Source: Yuukianura sp. NJ FZ-2021
Lineage: Eukaryota
Reading direction: 5' to 3'
DNA: 64,000 nt
Assembly (NCBI GenBank): GCA_046563655.1
Contig: CM102285.1
Location: forward strand, 3,224,001 to 3,288,000
Shown: positions 1 through 11,071 of the stretch, piece by piece
Numbering within the stretch: the first letter of the stretch is position 1
Layout of the letters: each line of letters starts with the position of its first letter
Notes under the pieces: model-generated
Told to the model about the DNA's origin: nothing
The model's database searches: none
Seen by the model: the letters and a program-made list of their open reading frames with translations, nothing else
Translations under genes and position numbers: made by a program

Positions 1-283
1 ACAACCCGGATGCCAGCTATGGTTCAGTGCTAGCTTCTCCTCTGCTGCAAATACTTGCTCCCCACATCGGTGACAGCTCCGAGGCATGACAAGTGTAACT
101 GGAATATCGTTTGAAGCCAAGAAAATAAAAACAAGGGCGTTGCGGAAATTGACGACGATGAAATAAATGAAAGGAAACAAAGAAATAGAAAATGAACGAG
201 CCAAGATGCCAAGAACCATAGGCAGAGGAAGTACAGATAAGGTTGAAGTAAAGCGAACCTCGAGCAGTTGTAACCACGCGTTA

Positions 284-1067
284 AGCCCGTATCACATTGC
301 CGACGCACCTCAACTTTTTGCGTTGGATTTGAATCCAACGCGAGAAAAAGGCTATCACATTGGATTTGAGGCTGCGTTGAGTTGACGCGCGTTTTTTCTC
401 AGCTTCAAACTCAACGCGACCTCAAAATCGGGGAGCTATCACACTGCCTCCTTCCGATTCAAAACTGACGTCGCGTCAAGAAAAGTTGACGCGATGAGAA
501 GTTGAACTTGGTTCAACTTTTCTTCGCGTCAAAATCGAATCGTCTGTTTTTTTAATTGTTTACCATCTACTATTTGAATTTTAACTAACTATGACACGGT
601 TTAACTTCACTTTCAAGTCAGGTAATGTCCATTTTGCATTACTGAAACAAAATATTGTTAAACCTTCCGGCGCCGGACTTGTCATTTTAATTTAATTATT
701 TAATTATCTAAAAAGGTTATGTGTTTATGGAAAAATGGATGAAGAACCTTGACTTTAATGGGAAAGTCAAGAAACGGAAAGTCAAGCACCGAAATTGACC
801 AAGAATTACATTTAACTTCATCTTCTCAGCTGTTCATCCATATCCAATACTTTTCTGCAGGTTCCTCATTGGATATAAGTCATAGCCTAGGATCAGTCAT
901 AGTAGGTGTAGGTAAAATCTGTGCGTTTTTTTTGAAGCTGCTTTTTTTTAACGCCAGAGCTCGCAGTGTGATAGCCTTCGGGTCTGCGTCAAAATCAACG
1001 CGCTTTAATTCTGAGCGTCAGCTTTAAAGTTGACGCACGACGCAAGGCTTGCAATGTGATTCGGGCT
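284..1067. mobile_element. Non-autonomous PIF/Harbinger-like DNA transposon (MITE-type)
   Basis: Terminal inverted repeats AGCCCGTATCACATTGC / GCAATGTGATTCGGGCT, flanked by TTA on both sides (281-283, 1068-1070); no transposase ORF inside. Confidence 0.7.
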
Positions 1068-1604
1068 TTAAGACAAGGGCGACGACCACGCTAATCCTCT
1101 GATTCTCCGAACTTTTATTTTGGAGATGTTCTTCCCGTGAGGGGATTACTATTGAAATCGGCTAAAAACCCAGAGAAAGTGTGACGAAATCAATTGTTTC
1201 CTCGCAGTATTTCCCCACCAGGTAGGTACGTCAGCATTTTGAACCAATCATCTCAGAGAAAAAAGGATTCTGAAAGCAAAAGCAAAGTGAGAGGAATATC
1301 AAAATATAACGCTCAAACGCTGGCGAACTTTCTTTGGAGCTGAGCTAAGCAACGAAATGATTTGCTCAGACATTCCTTGCTATTTCAATGCGGATAAGAT
1401 CATCTCCAGCAAATATACATGAGGCGGCAAAGTATAAAACCTCAAAGTGATCAAACAGCGAAGATACGCGACGAAAGTGCCGACGTCCATACCCTTTTCT
1501 CACTTTCACTTTTCAACCCATCATAATAAGAACCAGCTATTACTTTTATTCAACTAAAATGTCCACAAGAATATTAGAACACGTTACAGATTTTGAAATT
1601 ACCA

Positions 1605-2384
1605 CTACAAATTCGGTACATGTCGCTTATAGACGTTAGGGAGGAGGGATTGTAGCACAATGTGGGTAAGAATGGCCGTAAGCCCCCATAAACGAACATC
1701 TCTTGGCAATGGTGCTGCTGCGCCATCTTCCTCTTCACTAGAGCTGAGTTCGGTGGGCTTTTCATAAGCCCCTGGAGGATGGTACACTTTCATGTTTTTG
1801 TAAATTGGAGCCCCGAAAAGTCCACGCAGAAATTGAGTATGACCCCAATTTTCTTTATCACAAAAGTGATGCAAAGGGATTGTAAAGGCTTTTTCCACTT
1901 CATGCGGATTTACTTTAAGCGTCGCCGCGTCTAATGTCCCTTTCAAGAAACCGAGCACCGGAGTAACCCCCATCAATGACGAAGCTGTAGGCATTTCGTC
2001 CAGTGTACACCAAACATCTATCATATCCCGAGTGATTCCCAGTTCCTCCTCGGTTTCTCTTAGAGCAGTATCTACTGCATTCAAATCTCCAGGATCAGAT
2101 ACTCCGCCAGGAAAACATATTTCACCGCGATGCTTTGATAGTTTCAGTGACCGGAGTGTGAAGCATAAGCAAGGTTCCCCTTGTACGTTCAGACACAAAG
2201 GAATCAGAACAGCCGCAGCTCGACGAGTGGCGGCTAATTTTGTTAGGACTTGGACTATCTTGGATCTTGCGCTCCATCCCTGGAGATGAGCGATCGTTCT
2301 GAGCTTGTTCTCTAGTGTGAAGACTGATTTTAAATCTGGATGATGAGCAAAACCCGAAATTGAAGGTCCTTTCACTTTATCCAT
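1605..2384 (-). CDS. NUDT8: Nudix hydrolase, CoA-diphosphatase (NUDT7/8) family, intronless
   Basis: 259-aa ORF with AAVLIPL...FTLRS.KL.KHRGEICFPGG and Nudix box GVSDPGDLNAVDTALRETEEELG; NPHEV and C-terminal LWGLTA motifs. Confidence 0.85.
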   Translation of the reverse strand: MDKVKGPSISGFAHHPDLKSVFTLENKLRTIAHLQGWSARSKIVQVLTKLAATRRAAAVLIPLCLNVQGEPCLCFTLRSLKLSKHRGEICFPGGVSDPGDLNAVDTALRETEEELGITRDMIDVWCTLDEMPTASSLMGVTPVLGFLKGTLDAATLKVNPHEVEKAFTIPLHHFCDKENWGHTQFLRGLFGAPIYKNMKVYHPPGAYEKPTELSSSEEEDGAAAPLPRDVRLWGLTAILTHIVLQSLLPNVYKRHVPNL

Positions 2385-3758
2385 CTTACATCGACTTGGG
2401 GTTTTACTTGCTGCTTAGTTTATTCCGCTCTGTAAGGAAGAAGAATTTCAATTGACCCAAAGAACGTGGCGAACGTAGACAAATTCTTCCATTCTTTCTT
2501 ATGGGTAAAGGGTAACTGATATCAGTATTTGGACTAGAATTTGAATTACACCCTGTGCTTACTCTTGCTCCTTTCAATAATAATTAATATTGAATAACTT
2601 CCTTCCAACGGTTTCCAGTTCTTATCCTTCAGTTACTCCCCGAGCGGTGATTTGCTTCTGAAAATCAAAATGATTTGAAAATTAGGATTTTAAGTCGTTT
2701 TTTGTCCAATGGTCAAGCTGCGGCACTCACTCAGTGATCAGCGAAACAGAATCGGTAATTCATGTCGCCTGGTCCGTGATCTGGAACGAGGTCTTATTTT
2801 ACCATTTTACTCTTTATCCACGTTTCGGCAACATAACAAACTTCAACTGATTCAAGTTGTGCGTATGAACTCAGCTGATCACATTCAGAGTGCAAAACTT
2901 TGGTTGAGGTAAACTTTAGTGACCGCAATTGTAGTCGCAAAGTGTGGCTGCAGCTTTTCAAAAAAACCGTTTTCCACTTTCAAACAAAAACCGTTTTCGG
3001 CGTTCAAAAAACCCGCTTTTCGCGTTAAAAAAAACCGTTTGGGCCTTCAAAAGAAACCATTTTCCGCGGTCAAGAAAAATTATTGCTAAAAGATGTGCAA
3101 TTTGGAAACTTTTGACTTCGTTAACGAATTTGTTGTGAGCGTGTGCACAATATGGTTTCTGTAGAACCCATCCGATATTGTTTACAAAGTAAACGCTGCA
3201 CAATGTTTACGCTATAACACCATGTTGTTCTGCACATGTTGTGTAACCAAACAGTCTTCATTTTGTAGCGTTATGCATTTGTGCACTGCACAGCACAGTT
3301 ACATAAAAGTTACAAAAAAAAGCACAGTTCTAAGAGTTGTGCTACCTGTTTTACGAAAGGCTTTACCGGATTTATCCGTTTATCCAGTGGATGTATCCTG
3401 AACAAAATGCTCAAAAAGTGGATATCCACCAACATTGGTCATAGGATGACAACATGACCTTTGACCCCCCTTAACCCGTTACCTATCGTTTCTAGGGGGT
3501 TGCAAATTTGCAAATATGATGCCAAATGGCGGGCCGAACAACTGGTAAAAATTTTATTTGAGTACCACCGAGGAAACTTTCTTATGGACTTTGTGCCATG
3601 TCCTTTTAATAACTTAACGAATTAGTAGTTGGCGCAACGTTTTTGAACGCGAGAAAATGTAAAAGAATATTGCCACCAAAATCCCTCCATAGCTCGATTC
3701 ACGTAGGGTAAGGACCTTATTAGCCTAAGGCGAAGGTTAGGCTCGCTAGCTAGAAGGG

Positions 3759-4197
3759 TGCATGAAAGATGCATGTAATAAGACTAGAATTAGTTTAGGA
3801 AACTCGAATACAAAGGGAAAATATGGTAGTTTAACTTTTCAAACAAGATCGACACAATTATGGAATGAGCTAAAACAAGAAATACGTGAAGCTAAAGGTG
3901 TAACACAGTTTAAGCGTCTATTAAAAACTGAGCTAATTAGGATTCAGCTTGAGAAATATACTTAATTACGTTAAATTTTAGTGAAGTACTAATTAATATT
4001 AATATTTATTTTTGTATAGTATTAGAATAAAATAGGTTAGAATTATAGAATTAGTATCAAACTCAACAACCAACTAAACTAGATTCTAAACTACGTAAGG
4101 CCACTATAGTGGGGGTAGTTAGAATATTGTATGAAAATGAAATAAGGATCGAAAAATAAATAAACTTGAAATCTCAAAAAAAAAAAAAAAAAAAAAA
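3759..4197 (+). mobile_element. 5'-truncated non-LTR retrotransposon (L2/CR1/Jockey-like 3' end) with poly(A) tail
   Basis: ORF2 C-terminal-like peptide TFQTRSTQLWNELKQEIREAKGVTQFKRLLKTEL; AATAAA then an A-tract at ~4176-4197; candidate TSD AGAAGGG at 3752-3758 and 4198-4204. Confidence 0.75.
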
Positions 4198-4413
4198 AGA
4201 AGGGAGTTGTAGCGTCAGACGCCCTCAGGATCCTGTAGGAGCTCAACGTTCTCACGAATTTAAAAAATGGAAGGAGTATTTCCAGGAACAACGGTAACAA
4301 ACCGGAAACGTTCTACGGCACTTTCCTTTCGAATTGATTACTACAGAACGTACTTTTAAAATTTTGAATAGGATTTTGACGTTTGGAAGATTGGTAGTGC
4401 TCATGATCGGATC

Positions 4414-5029
4414 ATGTTGCACTATTCAGAGTACAGAAACCGAATCCGCCCGCCGTTGTGCGCCCTCATCAAACTTTTGGAAAAAATCAAAGTTGAAGAG
4501 TGGTGCCAGAGGAGGGTTACTTACCTGCTGGACGATATGAGGGGATACTGGCATGAATTGCGCGGATCTAGGACATGTAGGAGACTCCAGGGTAAGCATT
4601 AATGGATTAAAAATTAATGTTTTATTATTTTATATTAAAATATAGAATTGCTATTGCTAGTGTAATAAGGTTTTTCTTTTGCATTTCGTAGATGAGAACT
4701 GTCTGGAAGACGACGACCCTGTGGAACTGACGAATGATACTACTAACTTTATTTATTTATTACTGCACCAAATGGGCATGGTGTTATTGGACTTTCAAGT
4801 GGTCATCCGTGATATTCGAAGATGGGCAGAAGCAGAAGGAACACCGATCACAAGCAGAAGAATTAATCGAGAAAGCACTTTGGCGACTTTGGCTGAGGAT
4901 GACCCGTGTGATCACATCGAAAGAATTGAGCGACAAATTGATCAATGGAAGGAGATGACCCAGGGACTTCGGAAGCGGCACGGGAACGAGTACTACACTA
5001 AGGGTGACACTGGAGTCAGAAGCTTATAG
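4414..5029 (+). CDS. Orphan two-exon gene, ~171 aa, unknown function (exons 4414-4591, 4692-5029)
   Basis: ORFs 4414 and 4679 join in frame across a GTAAG...TAG intron (4592-4691); no recognisable domain. Confidence 0.4.
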
Positions 5030-6596
5030 AGCTGCCAAACATATACTATTAAATATAAAATATTTTAATATTTAAAAAAAAAATGTTCGAGGAAAAAAGA
5101 AAATTCAAAATATTTACAAAAATTCCAAGTAATTGACGACATTTCTTGCAATTTTTGAAAAAATCAAGTGTTGAGCATGATACTTTGCCGATTTCTGTAA
5201 ATAAAACTTGGAAATCCACTGATTTATGTGATATCTTGGCAAAAATTTTGCTTTCGAAAAGGAAAATTTCCTTTCGATGCCTGACCACGGAATTTCTGGC
5301 ATCTTTCGGTGCATGGATCTTGTGCGGGGTAACTCCAGAACCAGAAACAATACACTCCAGACCGTCATTGATAGTGCCAGCACAACTCGGAGCGATTGTT
5401 CCAGAAACATCCAGTGATGCTTCTCCTCCTACTAACGGATTCATACTAAAAGTAAATCCGAACAAGAAGGCCAAATCAGATGAACTACGGCTGCAGGCAG
5501 TCCCTCACTGTTCGTGGACAACAACTGAATCAGCAGAATCAGTAATAATAACAGAGTTCCACAAAAATCATGTGCACTTCCTTGGTTTTACATGAAATTC
5601 GGGTTAAAAGTTCCGCTGTATTATTAGATCGCAGAATTGCAGCATTCAACATTTCAGTCACAGCGTTTAGTTTACAACGTAATAACTGCTGGTCCGGAGT
5701 TTCAAAGACTTAGCTTCAAACCCGATCCGCAAATGTTATCCAAAAGTGACCGCTGGACAACAGCGCTTCTAGTTTATATAATTCAAATTTATACATGAAG
5801 CATTTCCCACAAATGGAAATGACGGCATCTATATCCCATATTGGTCCTGCTGGTTGCTTGTTTTACTTGTTAAGTGTAATTATTGTTAATGAAATGTGAT
5901 TCTTTCTTAAAAAATGCATGTTATGGTCCGAATTTCGCAATTTATTGTGTAAAACTTTTTAACTTGAGCCCGAAAATAAAGTACTGGAACTGAAACGAAT
6001 TATGAGATTCCAACAGTTGAGACTGAGGTTTTGTTAACAATAATTAAATTAAATAAAAACTAGTACTGTATAATAACAGTATCTCTCGGTTCTAAAAGTT
6101 AGAGGCATAGATTTGTATGTCTTGAAGTTGTAAAAACATTTTTGTCACAACAGAACCAGTGAATTAGAATTTCGAAAACTTAAAACAAGTTTAAGCCTAA
6201 AGTCGGTTTGAGCAAATTAAAGCTACAAAAATAATAATTGAAATACATTATTTGTTCGGTAGCAGTGGATTTGTAAGGACAATCTAACAATTTAAAAACT
6301 TAAAACCGACTTAAGAGTAGGTTTAATCGCCAAATACTTTGAAGTATTCAGTGTTCTTCTCAGACTTTATGCATCTTATGACCTGTGATGGTGAAATTGG
6401 GATTCTCAATCATAATTACACCACTTGACTATTGGTTAATTAACAGATCCACATATGACTATTGGTTAAGTGACTCAATTCGCATTGTTTGCTTTCACCA
6501 CTTTATCACAGACGATTGGTAAAGGAAAACAAACCAAGAAGTCTGTCTAACAATAAGATCTACTGACTTAGTTAATTAACTGAAAGTTATGCTGGC

Positions 6597-8297
6597 CTAT
6601 ACCTCTCGAATGAACTTCTCCAGCTCAGGGTCTTTGATTTCTTGCGTATGTACAATGTTCTTGCGGTTGTCGACGGGGTGTTTTGAGTACAACCATATTG
6701 CAAACGATACGGTCAGAATGCTTATCATTGTGTTCATGTAGATGGGGATTCCAAAGATCAAGTAGCAAAGGATGGCAGTGAACAGGAGCTCCAACGCAGA
6801 CGCAAACGTTTTTAGAATTGAGTTTAGATGAGATAGAAAGAAGGAGGTGACGATTCCAATTGCAGCGTTGTTCAAGACGACAAACAGATTGATCGGTGTG
6901 AAGATGATTGTCTGAAGTGAAGTGAGGTCCAGCCCTGAACTCAAGTTCCCTTGGCAAGCCAAGAATAGAATGTTGCAGATCACAGAGTCGACGTAAAGGC
7001 AAGAATTTTGGAATAGAATTGGAATGTGCGTTTGTCTTTTCAGCAAGTATTCATTGTAGACTCCCGCTGAAGAGGAGCAGCAAACCTAAGGCACAGACAA
7101 AAGATGTGAATGCCAAAATGAAACATGTCGCTTTGTCGCTATTCGTAGTGTAGTAATCTAAAACTTTGTTCAAATTACCTGCAGGAGGATCAAAATTACA
7201 CCCGTACTCAATTGAAACGACCAGAACGAATTCGACATGAGAGTGCTGTAATTAACTTCTTTGATCATGCAGCCCAGCATCAGTAAAATCAACGAAAACC
7301 ACTGGTGTCCCGACAGCCGTTGTTTGAACAAAATCTGGACAAACCACAAAAAAAAAACTTTCACTTACGACCTACAGTGAAAATACAATTTATTGACGAA
7401 TTTACCTGAAAAACAATCCCTGTCACCCCTACACGTAACTGAAGCAGCAAAAAGTAGGTCGTGGGATCAAAGTTGGCTAGATTAGTGTAGGATAAATTGT
7501 TGTACAAGCAGTATAGGAACGCCGTCGGTAAGTAGTAGCAGAAACCTGTATTCAAATTCAATAAAGTCTATTCATGTTATATCCCCGTACTAGACAATAA
7601 CAGATCATCGCCCTTCGTCAATCCATGATCATCGTGTTTCTCACCTTTCCAGTTCTTTTTGATCTCCATCACATAAGCATAGAATGAATCCCTATGAAAC
7701 AAATCAGGGCGTTTTCGATGTGATTTCGTATTTCTAAGTAAGAAAGTAAAGAGAGTAGAGGGATATGAGGAAATTAACGGCAAATTAAGTAAGGCGTGGA
7801 ATGAAGCAAATGAAATCCCGTCACCCAGTCGAAATATCCTTAGTCCGTAAGCTGTCATTTCTCATTTAGCATATTTTCCATAAATTATATGAACTTTGAC
7901 TTACTGATGAGAGTACATGAGGCATGAGACAATTAGTTTTATGAGCTCTGTAAGTAGGACAGCTGTCACCGTGTTGTATCGATAACTCTTTTGTGAGTCT
8001 TGAGAGGCCGTTACTAGAATACCTAAATCAAAGCAAATAATATCGAAATGAGACGTAAGTCTTTTGTCATAGCTAGGAACTAACCGTAAAATAATAATAT
8101 TTTTTTTTGTATATTCTGAGTTTCACATTTCACAAAAAAAATGACATAGAATTAATTCAAATTGTTACGAAGCTGATGACAGATTTACCTTGATTGATAA
8201 ATAGTGCCATGTAAGAGATGAAAATAACAAAACTTGTAGTAGTAGGGAAAAGTGAGTTTGGTTGTTGCCCTCCGTGACCTGACTCCAAGGGCCCCAT
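6597..8297 (-). CDS. Nucleotide-sugar (UDP-galactose) transporter, SLC35A family, senju-like; multi-exon
   Basis: Exon peptides MGPLE...SLFPTTTSFVIFISYMALFINQG, YYLPTAFLYCLYNNLSYTNLANFDPTTYFLLLQLRV, AGVYNEYLLK, GIVTSFFLSHLNSILKTFASALEL with GT-AG introns. Confidence 0.85.
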
Positions 8298-8747
8298 GAC
8301 TGACGAATCCAGTCACTGTTTGACTGTTTGTCAGGCGTAGTTCTTTGTCAGCTCAGCTCAAGGAACTGCAAGCAAAAATATTTTTTTTTGTAAACCTGTA
8401 ATTAATCTCTAAAACTTACACACTACTTACTTAGATGAGACCTTAACAATAAATTAACAAAATTGAGTTATAAATTCCTTACTGTCAATTTTACTCCAGT
8501 GTCGCCACCGGTACCACTGTAAGAATATAAACAATGTAATGCAACAAATGCTAAAAAGACAGTAACTTATTCGATTTATGACAGCCCCAGGATGACCTAC
8601 CAAAACAGAAAGTTAATTACTACATAAACATGTAATGTCAATCGTGGTACTTATTGTTACTTTTGCCGCTGCATCTTTTTAGGTCAGAGATAAAGTAACT
8701 TCAAAAGTATTGGGCTTAACTTAAAGCTAATGCAGACGTAACACCTA

Positions 8748-10046
8748 CCGTAGGGTCATTTGCTAACAAGAAAAACTTTTTTTTCCCACCCTTTTCGTCT
8801 CACCCCAACTTCTGGGTTTAGCAAGCGGCAGCTACGCTCCGCGAGACATTTGGCACTTTTGGAACTCTGTTGACAATTTCGACTTTTTCTAACCTAATCT
8901 AAAGTAAATTCACTTCAAACCAATGTAATAATTAACATAACCTAATTAATTAATGTTTTAATTAACATAACCAAGTTAACTAGCCTAATTATTTTCTTTA
9001 AATTAATGTAAGTATAAATTATTATGAATTGACCTAAAATTTGAACAAATGAAAAAATTCTACTATCGTGGCTAAGCACCGATTTTTTTCAAATTTTTTT
9101 TGTAAACATCCTATGGATCCCTGATCACGAGAATACAATTTTTTGAGGGGTCTCGAAAAGAAGTATTTTTTTTCGAAATTTTGAACAAAAAAAAATTTGA
9201 ATTTTTTTTGTCTCCGATTTGGGTGAAAATTGGTTTTCCGACTAAATCAAGGGTGCTAAACACGAATATAAAAGAATTTTATTCCTAAAATGTAAGACAA
9301 AAAAGTGGAAGAAAAAGTGAACGGAATCCGAAGCAACCTAACTTTAAGAAACCTATAACCTCGAGATGGAATCAGTATAGCAAACTTTAGAAAACCTAAC
9401 CTCGAGACGAAATCAGCATTGCGAACTTTTAAAAACCTAACACCGCGTCTTCGGCGCGGGAAACACAGTCAAATCATATCAGCAGCGCATAACTTTTTCG
9501 TCTTACATGCTAGGACATAAATTCTTTCATATTCTTGTTTACCATACATGAGTCTAAAGACTCATTTTGAGCTAAATCGGAGACAAAAAAATATTTTGAA
9601 ACTTTTTTTTCCAAAATTTCGAAAAAAAAAAAATTTTTTTAGACCCCTCAAAAAATTGTATTCTCGTGATCAGGGATCCATAGGATGTTTACAAAAATAG
9701 GTTAGGTTAGAATCGGTGCTTAGCCACGATAGTAGAATTTTTTCATTTGTTCAAATTTTAGGTCAATTCATAATAATTTATACTTAAATTAATTTAAAGA
9801 AAATAATTAGGCTAGTTAACTTGGTTATGTTAATTAAAACATTAATTAATTAGGTTATGTTAATTATTACATTGGTTTGAAGTGAATTTACTTTAGATTA
9901 GGTTAGAAAAAGTCGAAATTGTCAACAGAGTTCCAAAAGTGCCAAATGTCTCGCGGAGCGTAGCTGCCGCTTGCTAAACCCAGAAGTTGGGGTGAGACGA
10001 AAAGGGTGGGAAAAAAAGTTTTTCTTGTTAGCAAATGACCCTACGG
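8748..10046. mobile_element. Long palindromic (foldback-type) non-autonomous DNA transposon with TA TSD, Tc1/mariner-pogo superfamily-like
   Basis: TIR CCGTAGGGTCATTTGCTAACAAGAAAAAC at both ends, TA on each flank; outer ~340 bp of the arms near-identical, and inversion continues less perfectly to ~550 bp. Confidence 0.85.
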
Positions 10047-10424
10047 TAAGACGTTGAAGGACTTACCACGTTCCATGACCTTATGACTTGACCGCATTAT
10101 ATAGGGTTACACGATGACGATTCTCTCCAAACAGCAGTTAAATCGTCGGACAACGTGGTGCCCCAGTTCCAGTTACTGGTAAGGCTCCGTTTCCTACTCC
10201 TACTCCTAATCCACCCCTTACTGATGATGGTAATTCAAGAATGAATTCAAATTGCAGTTTCACGATTTGTTGACGGTACTAGTGAGTCACCAGTAGTGAC
10301 AGTAACTGCGGTCTTGTCCGTGTGGTTCGGTCAGCTCAGCATGATGCGATCACAAGCGTCCGGCCAGTTTCCGTTTTGGTGGGTTTGTTTTGATTTTGTC
10401 TCAATAATTTTAGGACACAAAACA

Positions 10425-10839
10425 TGTTGTCAAAATTAAACGCCTTTTTAATTTTGTTATTGATGGATCTTTTTAAGCAATGTTGCTGATTTTTATTTGG
10501 TCAAAATAACTTCAGAAAAAGAATCTTAAGTTTTAGTTAAGACAGTTTCCTAGAGAGAGACTTGAAAAAGACTAACTAACTTTCCGGACTCCCGGGTCCT
10601 TTTGTTAACTGGCTTAGAATTTTCGGGAAGCTTCCAGAATATTCTGGAAGCTTCAAGACAAAAGCAACTAGAAAGGTTTTGAGGGTCCCCTATGTAATAA
10701 CTTTGACCAGAAGTGTCATATTTGGTTCCCCCTCAGCTCAACTTGTCATCGTAATTCAGATGTGAGAATCAGTAGTTGAGTTAACCTGTCAGCTAACTTT
10801 ATATGAGAAAAGGTCAAGTTTTGACCTCTAAACTCAACA
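10425..10839 (-). repeat. 3' LTR of the Copia element
   Basis: Direct repeat of 17697-18111, no differences seen by eye; polypurine tract GAGGGAGAG (minus strand) abuts it at 10840-10848. Confidence 0.95.
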
Positions 10840-11071
10840 CTCTCCCTCAAAAATTGACTTTTCCTGAGTTATTCCTACTTTCAACGTTTTAGATTTGTAA
10901 AGAAGATGAACAGACAGTTATTCCAAAAATAAAACTTAATTCTAATTAATTGTAAGTTAACCTCTCCCAAATCCATATCTTACAGTAGGGAAGTAACTAT
11001 CTATACAAAAATTAGAATTAGTCTAATAATTCTGCTTTTCTTTTAAACTTTTCTCGTTGGAATCTTGTTCC

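Noticed and set aside
5049-5595. Overlapping 98-149-aa ORFs on both strands
   Set aside because: No recognisable motifs, non-ATG starts and no supported splice structure
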